A stretch of 64,000 nucleotides of DNA, from the IMG/VR virus record IMGVR_UViG_3300008120_000016, positions 1 to 64,000 of that record. One strand, given 5' to 3'. The notes under the pieces were generated by a model. The model made no database searches, had not been told where the DNA came from, and saw nothing but the letters and a program-made list of their open reading frames with translations. Both the position numbers and the translations under genes were made by a program. This DNA is from a virus. Shown here in pieces: positions 16,389 to 25,642 of this stretch. How positions within the stretch are numbered: the stretch's first letter is position 1; each line of letters opens with the position of its first letter.

Positions 16389-17364
16389 TTGCTTCTCTCT
16401 GTTCAGAAGGGTTTAATAGACGTATTAACCGTTGTAAATGACAGATATTCCGGTAAGTTCCCGGACGTAATAGGAAACAGTTGTTCCTATGTAGGCTGAT
16501 ATATCTGAATATATATCCGTTAAGTGATCTGTCCTATGATCTGGTCACCTTTTAAGTAAGGCGGTAGGGTAAACAGTCAAAACACTTAACGATAAGTATA
16601 CAGTTCAAACCTTCAGAGTTGTAAAATACTCACGGTGTATACGATAAGGGACTATGTCCTGAACTAATTGAACCGGCTGCTTATAGTCGTTAGGATAAAG
16701 TGGGTAACCACTATAAAGTGTGCAATGTTTAAACAAGCATTGTATGCACAGGGTTAAACCTGGCCGAGTAAGCATACGAGCAACACATTCAACGGAGATG
16801 TCTCTGAGAATGTACAGTCTTAGCATAGGCTGTTGAGTGAGAAATCACAATAGGAAAACTCGTAGTGATATGTGAAATGATTCCACCAAGAGTCAAATCA
16901 CGTTGATCAGATAGATGTTGCAGGGGTCTGGTAACAGGGTCCTCATCTATCCGTAGACTGGTAATCTACACTGGGATGTCGTGTACGTTTTGCTCAAAAG
17001 GCAGAAAGCACATTCTGACAACACATCCTGGATTATGCTATTGTTTAATTAATAACTAAATTAATTAAAGCAAAAGTTTGTCAGGTGTTTGTGTGAAACC
17101 ATCTTATCTGTATGAAATATGACAGCACAATGAGTACCGCAAGGAAAATTGTGAAATCTAGAGAGTATATCTAAGGAGCTGCAGGGATGTAGCTTGGAAC
17201 TATCCCGTTCACTTGGTAGAAATCAAAGTTTATGTAGCACAAACAAAGATCCTTCTGGAGAGAAGTCAAACACTGATGGTCCCATTTACAGGTTAGTAAT
17301 AACTTGTGTGTGTATGCAATGGTAACGTTGCTAAAATAATGGGAGGAAAGGTCAACACTCAGCC
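16389..17364 (+). ncRNA. Large structured non-coding RNA candidate (GOLLD/ROOL-class?)
   Basis: About 975 nt, GC-enriched, no credible ORF; many stems capped by GNRA-type loops (GTGG-GTAA-CCAC, GTGA-GAAA-TCAC, CTG-GTAA-CAG, CC-GCAA-GG, GTTA-GTAA-TAAC); promoter box at the 5' end; ends CACTCAGCC before a T-run. Confidence 0.7.
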
Positions 17365-17404
17365 TTTTATTTACTTTGTATTTCTAAATCCATAAATATA
17401 TACA

Positions 17405-17725
17405 ATGAAACAATTTTTCAATTTTAAAACGAAAAAAGAAGAAAATCCGTTAGAGAAAATTACAAGGTTTTTTATAAACCCTTATATGCCTCAAAACTAC
17501 AAGCTTCTTAAGCTTAAAGACAAGTATAAAGAAATACTTGCTCATGAAACACAGATAGTTACAGAAGATGGGTATATTCCGTGTGTTTCTTTTCCTATTG
17601 AGTATCTTGTAAATGATACAGCATTTATTGAATGGAGGTCAGATTATCAATTCATCATTAACAGTTCAATCTACTGTAAAATAGTATCAGATGACACTAT
17701 TCGTATTGATACAGTGAAATTCTAA
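17405..17725 (+). CDS. Hypothetical protein
   Basis: 106 aa ORF. Confidence 0.55.
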   Translation: MKQFFNFKTKKEENPLEKITRFFINPYMPQNYKLLKLKDKYKEILAHETQIVTEDGYIPCVSFPIEYLVNDTAFIEWRSDYQFIINSSIYCKIVSDDTIRIDTVKF

Positions 17726-17743
17726 ACCATTAAATAAATAAGT

Positions 17744-17959
17744 ATGAATGCAAGAGAGTTTTTTTTGATGCTTCCTTATAAAATAAAGATCGAAATACTA
17801 AGATCTGCTATAAGAGAAGATTTCCCAGTCTTTATTGGTTTGTCACGTTATGCACTAGAAGCACCTCTCAGTGAGGGTGGTATAGAAACAGAAGTGATCC
17901 AAGCTATTGAAGAAGAGTATAACCTGTACATGGAGGGTGCAAAAATGAGCTCTGAGTAA
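17744..17959 (+). CDS. Hypothetical protein
   Basis: 71 aa ORF. Confidence 0.5.
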   Translation: MNAREFFLMLPYKIKIEILRSAIREDFPVFIGLSRYALEAPLSEGGIETEVIQAIEEEYNLYMEGAKMSSE

Positions 17960-18031
17960 TACCATAATATTATTAAGGTATTACTATAGAGCTCAAATTT
18001 GAGCCCTACTATTTTTTAATCTTTAAATTGT

Positions 18032-18304
18032 TTGCAAATGCAAAACGAATTATTAATTATGCTAGCAACAGCTATGCCAAAAGAGTTATTATTTGAAAAA
18101 ATAGAAGAAGCTATTGCTGAATACAAAGAAGCAAAGCTATTAGGTAAAAATCTTGACGAAGCTGAAAAATCTATTGGGTTTGCTTGTCACCTGATGATTA
18201 TGAACTTAATCACAAAAGGAGAATTATCTGGTTCATTAGATGTGATCAACAAGATAAAAGAGATGAAACAAAGAGATGATTTTTTTAAAATGGATAAAAA
18301 CTGA
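18032..18304 (+). CDS. Hypothetical helical protein
   Basis: 90 aa ORF; true start may be an internal ATG. Confidence 0.55.
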   Translation: MQMQNELLIMLATAMPKELLFEKIEEAIAEYKEAKLLGKNLDEAEKSIGFACHLMIMNLITKGELSGSLDVINKIKEMKQRDDFFKMDKN

Positions 18305-18309
18305 TTATA

Positions 18310-18534
18310 ATGGAAAAATTAATTCGATTTTCAATCTTATCATTAACCTACCTTACATTGTTAATACTATTCTATTGTGCAATTCCTACTGTTAGTTGGA
18401 TTTTTGGGGGAGAATTTCTCTCAGTAGCACAGCACCCTATGCATGTGCTATTTGTAGGTGTGCTTTTAATAGTAATGCTCGGTGTAATATTCTCAGAGTG
18501 TTTTGATTCTAATTTTCGTAGTAAAAAAAGTTAA
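18310..18534 (+). CDS. Small two-TM membrane protein
   Basis: Two hydrophobic segments. Confidence 0.55.
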   Translation: MEKLIRFSILSLTYLTLLILFYCAIPTVSWIFGGEFLSVAQHPMHVLFVGVLLIVMLGVIFSECFDSNFRSKKS

Positions 18535-18537
18535 ATT

Positions 18538-18684
18538 ATGGAAGATCAACACAAATTAGAACCACCACCTGAGCAAATTAACATTGAAACAGGTAAGAAA
18601 ATGTGGGTAATTGATGGTTATAAAATCTGGGCTCGTACATATCAAGAAGCCTTAGAGTTATTACCAATGATTCAATCATTTTAA
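18538..18684 (+). CDS. Small hypothetical protein (48 aa)
   Basis: Hand translation MEDQHKLEPPPEQINIETGKKMWVIDGYKIWARTYQEALELLPMIQSF. Confidence 0.5.
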   Translation: MEDQHKLEPPPEQINIETGKKMWVIDGYKIWARTYQEALELLPMIQSF

Positions 18685-18877
18685 AATGTGCAGTATAATG
18701 CAAAAAATTAAAAAAATTCTCTTCGGAGAAAGAATTAAGGGGGAAAAACTTCCCCCTTTTAAACCATTGAAAGAAAGACCAATGGACGAAAAAGATTTTT
18801 ACAAATGGTGCAAAGAATTTAATGTATCGTCAAGATCAAATCGTAAACCAATTTATTTAAACTAAAACAAACCAGAA

Positions 18878-19654
18878 ATGGCTACAAAAATTGCTACAGC
18901 AAAACAGTTTTACAAAGAAGCATTAAAAAATATTAAATGGCTTTCTTTAACAGGTAATATTAAATTTAATTACCTGGCAGGTATTAACAGAGCTATTAAT
19001 CCTGGTCAAGTGACTAAGCTTGCTAAATCATTAGAAATGATGGGTATTATTAGACCTGTTGTTATAGCCGAATTATCATTTGTAAATGGTAAATTGTCTA
19101 AATACATAATAGACGGTCAGCATATTTTTAACGCATTGATTAGACTTGGTTGGGAAATACCATATGTTATTATTAAAGTGGATAGTAAACAAGATCTTGT
19201 AGAGAAAATAGCAATGTTAAATGCTAGTTCTAAAACATGGAGTATGCAAGATTATGTAACTGCCTGGTCAAGCTTAAAAGAAGATTATGTAAAGCTAAAT
19301 CATTATTTTCAAGTGTATGATTTAGAAATAACAGAACTTGCTGCCATTCTTATGGGTAATATAAGAGGTGGTGGTAACATAACAAAAATTCTTAAGGCAG
19401 GTGAGTTTAGAATTATTAATGAGCAAAAAAACGTAGGTATTCTTAACAATCTTACAGACATGCTCAAGGTGGTACCAAGAATGAACAGATTTGAAAACAG
19501 ATATGCTGTTAAAGAGTATGTTAAATTCTTGAGATCTACACCTAAATATGATCATAAAGTATTTTTAGCAAAGCTTTCTAAAAACAAAGAAAAGTTTATT
19601 CTTGCTACACAAGAAGAAGGTAAACTTTCTGAACTCTTTGAAAAGCTTTCTTAA
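18878..19654 (+). CDS. ParB/Srx-like N-terminal domain protein
   Basis: NRAIN...VTKLAKSLEMMGIIRPVVI...YIIDGQH motif of the ParB/sulfiredoxin fold. Confidence 0.7.
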   Translation: MATKIATAKQFYKEALKNIKWLSLTGNIKFNYLAGINRAINPGQVTKLAKSLEMMGIIRPVVIAELSFVNGKLSKYIIDGQHIFNALIRLGWEIPYVIIKVDSKQDLVEKIAMLNASSKTWSMQDYVTAWSSLKEDYVKLNHYFQVYDLEITELAAILMGNIRGGGNITKILKAGEFRIINEQKNVGILNNLTDMLKVVPRMNRFENRYAVKEYVKFLRSTPKYDHKVFLAKLSKNKEKFILATQEEGKLSELFEKLS

Positions 19655-19656
19655 GA

Positions 19657-19936
19657 AGCTGAGGCTAGCGTTGGTTAGAACCTACATATGTTCATGACTT
19701 TGTAGGATTGGGGGGCACATTCTTGCCCTAAGCGATTAGAAATTAGGACTGATCACCCATGAGTGTGTGCTAGACAGGATTCTAGCTAATCAGGGATGAA
19801 ACCTTGTAATGGTGGATAATCAACCACTCCCAAGCCTGGGTTGCATTTATGCGTATACTACCATATGTAGGGATTTAATCTGCTACAATTGACTAGTTAC
19901 TGGGTATCACAAGAGGTGGGTTAAGCCTCTTTTTTT
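19657..19936 (+). ncRNA. Putative structured RNA ending in an intrinsic terminator
   Basis: GC-enriched ORF-free stretch with stems CCTACA/TGTAGG, GGGCA/TGCCC, CTAGA/TCTAG, GTGG/CCAC and CCCA/TGGG; terminator AAGAGG/CCTCTT plus Ts at 19911-19936. Confidence 0.45.
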
Positions 19937-19947
19937 AATTTTGTTAT

Positions 19948-20226
19948 ATGAAGAATCCAAGACTCAAAGGAGGATATGGTATGGTAACAAGCAATGTTCT
20001 TAGAAACCCGGACATTTCCTTAAGAGACAAAGGACTCTATTCATATTTAGCTACATATGCAAATTCTGATAATATACTAACAGTTAGTATAAACAGAGCA
20101 GCAAATGAATGCGGTGTTGATGAATCTACTATAAAAAGAATCCTTGACAGTTTAAAGAAACAAGGAATAATTATCCGTGAACAAAGAGAACAAGGTAAAA
20201 GTTACAAAACCACACTTGTAAAATAA
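19948..20226 (+). CDS. Winged HTH DNA-binding protein
   Basis: DISLRDKGLYSYL...SINRAANECGVDESTIKRILDSLKKQGII resembles the HTH of phage replication initiators. Confidence 0.7.
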   Translation: MKNPRLKGGYGMVTSNVLRNPDISLRDKGLYSYLATYANSDNILTVSINRAANECGVDESTIKRILDSLKKQGIIIREQREQGKSYKTTLVK

Positions 20227-20535
20227 TTATGTAAACTTACACTATAGGTTTGCATGGACTTCCCTATTTGTATATACTATAGTATGATACTATTAGGTTC
20301 TCAGTCCACACCTTATTTATCTGACGTCAGGAGCCTATAGAGTATTAACGTGAAGCAACAGATGTACTATGACCAGCTAGTAGTGTCCCTGACATGATCA
20401 ATTAGGCCTGGGAAAACACGAAGACTCAGTAATTATGGGATCTATCGCAGACAACTTAGAACTATAGTCCCTGATGTGGATAAATTTGGTAATATTGTGG
20501 ATTTTTACATAAATTTGGTATTAAAACCAATTATT

Positions 20536-20676
20536 ATGTACAAAAGAGTAGCACGAAACATCAGTAAAGAAGGAAATTCTTACAGAGTTCGTTATCAAAA
20601 AAATGGTAAACGATTTTCAAAGTTCTTTTCTAAAAGAACAGAAGCAATAGCTTATAAGAAAAAAGTTATTGGTTGA
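20536..20676 (+). CDS. Small basic protein, AP2/Arm-like DNA-binding domain
   Basis: MYKRVARNISKEGNSYRVRYQKNGKRFSKFFSKRTEAIAY; start reassigned to the ATG at 20536. Confidence 0.5.
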   Translation: MYKRVARNISKEGNSYRVRYQKNGKRFSKFFSKRTEAIAYKKKVIG

Positions 20677-20687
20677 AATTGTTTAGA

Positions 20688-20762
20688 AGTCAAGTAGCTC
20701 AGTTTGGTCAGAGCATCCGTCTGATACGCGGAGGGTCATAGGTTCAAATCCTGTCTTGACTA
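20688..20762 (+). tRNA. tRNA-Ile(GAT)
   Basis: AGTCAAG/CTTGACT acceptor, TCCGT-CTGATAC-GCGGA anticodon arm, GGTTCAAATCC T loop. Confidence 0.93.
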
Positions 20763-20768
20763 CAAACT

Positions 20769-21176
20769 GGGGGTGCCCGGTATTGACAGCAAATGGAAGG
20801 TAAGCACACACGCAGAGGTAAGGGTCTATTCCTCTATAATCAATGATTCAAATTTTAAGCGACAACACAACTGTTGAACTTTCTGACTACACTTTCGAAT
20901 CTCTGCTTGCAGAACTCGAAACTTCTGAGCTTGAATTAGCTTAAGTTAGGCGAGGAGCTATCCTGGGAACAGAAAATAGCACATAGTTTTCCTGATTTTG
21001 TCCTTGTGACATAAAACTTAATAGAAAATCAGGTGGTGGAGCTGTTCTAGCTGGTTTGCTAGTTCCTCATACGGTGCAAAATGTTTGGGATCTTTCCAGC
21101 ATTTAGTACTAAGCGTGTGATACGTTGTGTTTATTGTTTCTTTGTTTGGACAGGGGTTCGACTCCCCTCACCTCCA
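20769..21176 (+). ncRNA. ssrA: tmRNA
   Basis: GGGGGTG/CACCTCC acceptor with G3:U70 and discriminator A; GAC after the D loop; CAGGGGTTCGACTCCCC T arm; internal tag ORF ending TTAGCTTAA. Confidence 0.93.
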
Positions 21177-21243
21177 CTGGTGTTTTCCGTCAAGCTAAGA
21201 ATATCCTGATGTTTCTACATTGGGATTTTTTTAATTTTATATT

Positions 21244-21588
21244 ATGAAAAGTAAAAAATATCTTGAAGAAGAGAAAGGTGTAGGTACACCTAATAAAAAA
21301 TCTAAAGATTGGATTATAGAATATAAATGGAAATCTTTAGAAGAATATAACAAATACCCTAAAATGTGGTATAGAACTGATGTATATTCAGAAGATTGGA
21401 GACCTATTAAGTATAGTAATAAATTTCATACTTCTAAATCTGCTATACAATCAATAGACCAATTTATGAAAGTAGCTCAGTCTTATCATAAAAATGATTT
21501 ACTCACTGGTTTTTATGATGATAGGTTTGGTAAAGAATATAGAGTGAGAAATATTAAAACAAAAGAAATTATTAATTACCTAATTTAA
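21244..21588 (+). CDS. Hypothetical protein
   Basis: 114 aa ORF. Confidence 0.55.
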   Translation: MKSKKYLEEEKGVGTPNKKSKDWIIEYKWKSLEEYNKYPKMWYRTDVYSEDWRPIKYSNKFHTSKSAIQSIDQFMKVAQSYHKNDLLTGFYDDRFGKEYRVRNIKTKEIINYLI

Positions 21589-21593
21589 ATTTT

Positions 21594-21785
21594 ATGACTG
21601 TAAAAATTGATACTTCAAAAATAAATAGAGTAGAAATTATTAATCACGCAAAAAATAACCATTCTATTGGAAGGTTATTAACTTTGTATAAAGAACTATC
21701 TGATTTTGATAATATTGAAATTAGTATTCAAGATGACGGTAGAACTATGAAAATATTTTTAGATTCTCAAGAAAAAGAAAAATAA
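21594..21785 (+). CDS. Hypothetical protein
   Basis: 63 aa ORF, ending ISIQDDGRTMKIF. Confidence 0.55.
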   Translation: MTVKIDTSKINRVEIINHAKNNHSIGRLLTLYKELSDFDNIEISIQDDGRTMKIFLDSQEKEK

Positions 21786-21879
21786 ATTATGCAATACATA
21801 TTATTAGGATTGATGGTAACAGCGGCTGTAGTAGTTGTTGTAGGACTTGTAATGTATTTTGCACAAGAATTAAATAATT

Positions 21880-22110
21880 ATGGAAAACGAAAATCCAAAA
21901 CTTGAAAAAGCAACATTTGAATTTAGTCAAGAAGGTAATTGTGTAGATGGTGGCATGGAAGAACTTACTATTAGATGCGAGTCTTCGCTAGGAGTTGATA
22001 ATGATGAAGGTTGTTTCTATGTTTTAGAAACAGAAAGATGGTCTATTGATTCTGCAAAAGATTTACAGAAACTATTTGATAGAATCAGTAGTATACTTCC
22101 GAAAAAGTAA
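21880..22110 (+). CDS. Hypothetical acidic protein
   Basis: 76 aa ORF. Confidence 0.55.
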   Translation: MENENPKLEKATFEFSQEGNCVDGGMEELTIRCESSLGVDNDEGCFYVLETERWSIDSAKDLQKLFDRISSILPKK

Positions 22111-22115
22111 ATAAT

Positions 22116-22172
22116 GTACCTTATAGGGTACAAAATGAGCCAAAATGAGTAATATAATACCTGTTAGGGTAT
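22116..22172. repeat. Tandem imperfect palindromes with duplicated CAAAATGAG spacer
   Basis: GTACCTTATAGGGTAC (22116-22131) and TATACCTGTTAGGGTATA (22155-22172). Confidence 0.6.
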
Positions 22173-22185
22173 AAAATAAAATCAA

Positions 22186-22842
22186 ATGAAAGTGAATAAA
22201 AAAAGTAAATTCTATTTTCCCAAACCATTCAAAGAAGAAGTAATTAATTTCTTTAAATCACTACTTTTTTGGAGAGGTAGAAAGAAAGGTATAATTCACA
22301 CTATGGATATTAAATGGCATCATTTAAGAGCTGTGTTTTTTCCTAAAAACTTCCACGAGAAATATCATTATCTTGGATCTATTCCTTGGAAAGAAGATAG
22401 TGATTTATTTTTAGCTATGGAACCATTAGTAATATTTATGGATCATAAAGCTAAGCCTTGGTGGTGTCCAAGATGGGTGCTTAGGTTTTTACATTTGTTT
22501 GGTAATGATAACAGTATTGTAAGAGTGAGAAATAGAACCCTTGCTAATGTTAGTGATAAGTTAACTAAAGGACTTATGATTGTTGACTATAAAACTAAAT
22601 GGCAATGGTATGATCTTAGAATTAGTATCTATGGAACTGAACAAATGCATTGGTTAGCTGATGCAATAGAAGAAAAGTTTTATAAAGATGGTAGAAGAGA
22701 AGATATTTATTTAAAAATAAAACAACTTGATCCTACTACAAAGTTTTCTGTAGGTAATACATTTGATTCATTAAACAATGAACTTGAAAGACTTGAAGAA
22801 CTTCAAGAAAATAAAAAGATAAGAACAAATGAAAATTATTAA
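22186..22842 (+). CDS. Hypothetical protein
   Basis: 218 aa, aromatic-rich. Confidence 0.65.
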   Translation: MKVNKKSKFYFPKPFKEEVINFFKSLLFWRGRKKGIIHTMDIKWHHLRAVFFPKNFHEKYHYLGSIPWKEDSDLFLAMEPLVIFMDHKAKPWWCPRWVLRFLHLFGNDNSIVRVRNRTLANVSDKLTKGLMIVDYKTKWQWYDLRISIYGTEQMHWLADAIEEKFYKDGRREDIYLKIKQLDPTTKFSVGNTFDSLNNELERLEELQENKKIRTNENY

Positions 22843-22845
22843 TTT

Positions 22846-23043
22846 ATGCCAGATATTACTATGTGCAATGGTAATGATTGCCCACTAAAAGAAAATTGTT
22901 ATAGATATAAGGCTAAACCTAGTGAATTTAGACAATCATATTTCATACACCCACCGTATGATAAACAAAAAAATGAATGTCATAGTTTTTGGGATATGGA
23001 TTTATATTTTAAAATTAAAAAAGAAAATAATAATCATGAATAA
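22846..23043 (+). CDS. Small Cys-rich protein
   Basis: MPDITMC...CPLKENCYRY motif common in phages. Confidence 0.6.
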   Translation: MPDITMCNGNDCPLKENCYRYKAKPSEFRQSYFIHPPYDKQKNECHSFWDMDLYFKIKKENNNHE

Positions 23044-23584
23044 TGAATATTTAATTGAAGAGTTCAAAAAAGATCATATTGAACATGTATTAAATTACAT
23101 AAAAGAATCAGGTGGAATATTTCCTCATCTCACTGTATTAGCAGATATGAAAGATCCACAAAATGAAGATGAAGAAAAGCCAGCTATTATTCATATACCA
23201 ATTCCTAATGAATATATGGAATCTGGATTAAGAAAGCAGATTTTTGTAGATGAAGTAGTTCCTAAAATATTTGATGAAATAAAAAGCAGATTTATTGGCA
23301 GAGCTGTAGTATTTACTTCAGAAGCTTGGATGAGAAGTTCTCAAAAAGAAGATATTTCTGATTTTGAATATGAAGCACTACCTAAAAAAGAAATACTTTT
23401 GATTACAATTGATACTGAAGAAGGATCTGAGTTTTTAAATTATGAAATCATAAGAGAAGGAAAACAAGTGAATTCTGATGGAGATTTTACAGATAAAGTT
23501 AGACTTGAGAAAATGGAAAGTTTAAATGAAATGAAAGCTTTACAAGGTAGATTTAGTAATTTGTTTACCAAATTAAAAGATTGA
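23036..23584 (+). CDS. Hypothetical protein
   Basis: Start reassigned to MNNEYL at 23036; VVFTSEAWM motif. Confidence 0.6.
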   Translation: MNNEYLIEEFKKDHIEHVLNYIKESGGIFPHLTVLADMKDPQNEDEEKPAIIHIPIPNEYMESGLRKQIFVDEVVPKIFDEIKSRFIGRAVVFTSEAWMRSSQKEDISDFEYEALPKKEILLITIDTEEGSEFLNYEIIREGKQVNSDGDFTDKVRLEKMESLNEMKALQGRFSNLFTKLKD

Positions 23585-23587
23585 GAT

Positions 23588-23770
23588 ATGGGAATATTTA
23601 ATTTTAAAAAAGATAATGAAAAAGAGAAATTGGAAAAAGAAATATCTTTTTTAAAAAGTGAATTGGAAAATTGTGATAAGAAGCTAAAAGAAAAGCAAGA
23701 GCATATCAATAAAACCAATGCTTTTTGGAAAAAGAAACTTTATCAAAAGTCTCAAGAAAGTAAAAAATAA
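23588..23770 (+). CDS. Small coiled-coil protein
   Basis: 60 aa ORF. Confidence 0.5.
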   Translation: MGIFNFKKDNEKEKLEKEISFLKSELENCDKKLKEKQEHINKTNAFWKKKLYQKSQESKK

Positions 23771-23855
23771 TTATAGCTCTATAATCCGTTAATATAGATA
23801 AACTGTAAAAGTTTATAGTTAATATATGTTAGTTTTATATTATTAACTATAAATA

Positions 23856-24107
23856 ATGTTATATCAATTACCAAACGGAAAGGTAATAGAAATAAGTACA
23901 GAACAATATTTTGAAATGACAGATGAAGATCTGGAGTATTTAGTTGCTTATAATCACGGTGAATCATTAGAAAATCCTTGGTTTGGTTCAATTTTAAATA
24001 AACCTTCTAAAGCTGTTGATGAAAATTCAGAAATATTACCTGATCTTACATCTTTACCAGAAATAGATACATTTAAAGATTTAGATGTAGATGTACAAGA
24101 AGAGTAA
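23856..24107 (+). CDS. Conserved hypothetical protein
   Basis: MLYQLPNGKVIEISTEQY...ENPWFGS. Confidence 0.65.
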   Translation: MLYQLPNGKVIEISTEQYFEMTDEDLEYLVAYNHGESLENPWFGSILNKPSKAVDENSEILPDLTSLPEIDTFKDLDVDVQEE

Positions 24108-24174
24108 ATTGCTTAGTTAAAAATAACTAAGAGCCTCCATTAGGAGGTTTTTTTGTTAATTTCAATTTGCAATT

Positions 24175-24651
24175 ATGGGTAAAGTAAGAGTAGTTGGTGA
24201 TGACAAAGGTAATGTTATCAACATCTCACAAAACAATCCAGAGTACGGGTACATTCGGGTAGAACAAGAAACCATTCAAGTTGACGAAAGAGGATGGTTG
24301 AAATTTGTTAAAAGATCAGCATTACTTAAAGGTAAAGTAGAAGATCTTGAAAAAGCAGAATACAGTATAAACACTGTATTACCTGGTAAAATTATCGTCA
24401 TTGAATCTTTAACACCATTTAACGCACAAAATCCTGAGAAAAATATGAAAATTGCAGGACCAACGGGTGTTGTGTGTCGTATAGATGATCAACCTATTTA
24501 TAGGGATACTTTCTATACACCCAATTTAAATGCGTGTGATGAATTTATTTCACATAATAACAGTGATGAAATAAAGGATATAATGCATGCACAAACAGCA
24601 TTAGGGATTCTCACAACAAAGCAAGATCGTGTTCAAGATCTTAATTTGTAA
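24175..24651 (+). CDS. Conserved crAss-like hypothetical protein
   Basis: 158 aa beta-rich; NPEYGYIRVEQ...GKIIVIESLTPFN...CRIDDQPIYR. Confidence 0.65.
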   Translation: MGKVRVVGDDKGNVINISQNNPEYGYIRVEQETIQVDERGWLKFVKRSALLKGKVEDLEKAEYSINTVLPGKIIVIESLTPFNAQNPEKNMKIAGPTGVVCRIDDQPIYRDTFYTPNLNACDEFISHNNSDEIKDIMHAQTALGILTTKQDRVQDLNL

Positions 24652-24662
24652 TTAGCCAAATA

Positions 24663-24691
24663 AAAAGGGGAGAAGAAATTCTCCCTTTTTT
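24663..24691 (+). terminator. Rho-independent terminator
   Basis: GGGAGAA/TTCTCCC stem followed by Ts. Confidence 0.65.
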
Positions 24692-24717
24692 AATTCTTAA
24701 TTCATAAAAAACAAAAA

Positions 24718-25251
24718 ATGAAAAAGTTCAACTCTGAAAAAACAATTTCAGCTAACGCAAGTGGTATTATTATTTCTTATTCTGAACCTTACAAAAAGAA
24801 ATTTGTAAAATATGAAAATGAGTATGTTAAAAACATACAAGTAAATGGTACGGCAAAATATCAAAAAATTATCATTGAAAAAGTATTTAATGATAAACAA
24901 AAAGAGCTTTTTCTAAAAACTGTTTTAGGGTTTAATGCATACTCTAAAGAAGAAATATCTCAAATGAGTGAGAATAAAAAACAATCAATTGCTATTCAAT
25001 ATACCAAAACAAAAAGAATATTAAACAAATGGAAGCAAGAAATACTTTTTAAGGGAGTAGATGATTTATTGTTGTTTTTATTTCCTAAATCACCCATTGT
25101 AAAAGATATGGCAAATACAACAGGTTATTTAAAAGAATATGATAAAAAAGATGAAATTACTTTTAAAGAACTTGGTATTTCCAAAGATCAAATTGTTTCT
25201 AAACTAATGAATTATGGTATTTTACCTAAAAACTTTTATGAATTAGTATGA
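24718..25251 (+). CDS. Hypothetical protein
   Basis: 177 aa ORF. Confidence 0.6.
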   Translation: MKKFNSEKTISANASGIIISYSEPYKKKFVKYENEYVKNIQVNGTAKYQKIIIEKVFNDKQKELFLKTVLGFNAYSKEEISQMSENKKQSIAIQYTKTKRILNKWKQEILFKGVDDLLLFLFPKSPIVKDMANTTGYLKEYDKKDEITFKELGISKDQIVSKLMNYGILPKNFYELV

Positions 25252-25637
25252 TAAAAGCAAAATTAAAAAAGTGTGCTAAATGTGAAGAACTTAAACATAT
25301 TTGGAAATCACACGGTAAAGAAAAATATTGTAAGGAATGCTGGTATTCTATTGATAAGCCCAAATCTATTTCCCCTGTCTCTATTAAGAGACGGGGTGAA
25401 ATGGATAAGTATAGTAAACTTAGAGAAGCTTTTCTTGTTGTAAAGCCATTTTGTGAAGCAAAAATCAGTCATTGTACAGGAATAAGTACAGATGTGCATC
25501 ATAAATCAGGCAGAATTGGGGAAAATTATCTAAAAGTTGGTACTTGGTTGGCTGTGTGTAGAAACTGTCATAAATTTATTGAAGAAAATCCTGAAGAAGC
25601 TAAAGAATTGGGTTTTTCTACAAATAGATTAAATTGA
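25248..25637 (+). CDS. HNH-like / Zn-finger nuclease
   Basis: CAKC...CKEC plus CEAK...CTG...DVHHK...WLAVCRNCH. Confidence 0.7.
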   Translation: MIKAKLKKCAKCEELKHIWKSHGKEKYCKECWYSIDKPKSISPVSIKRRGEMDKYSKLREAFLVVKPFCEAKISHCTGISTDVHHKSGRIGENYLKVGTWLAVCRNCHKFIEENPEEAKELGFSTNRLN

Positions 25638-25642
25638 TTATT

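Noticed and set aside
16605-16826. 73-aa minus-strand ORF in the structured region
   Set aside because: No motif and atypical composition; better explained as antisense to a structured RNA.
17342-17353. GAGGAAAGGTC resembling the RNase P RNA GAGGAAAGTCC motif
   Set aside because: It lies at the 3' end of the element, and no matching AGAA-CCGGCTTA partner was found.
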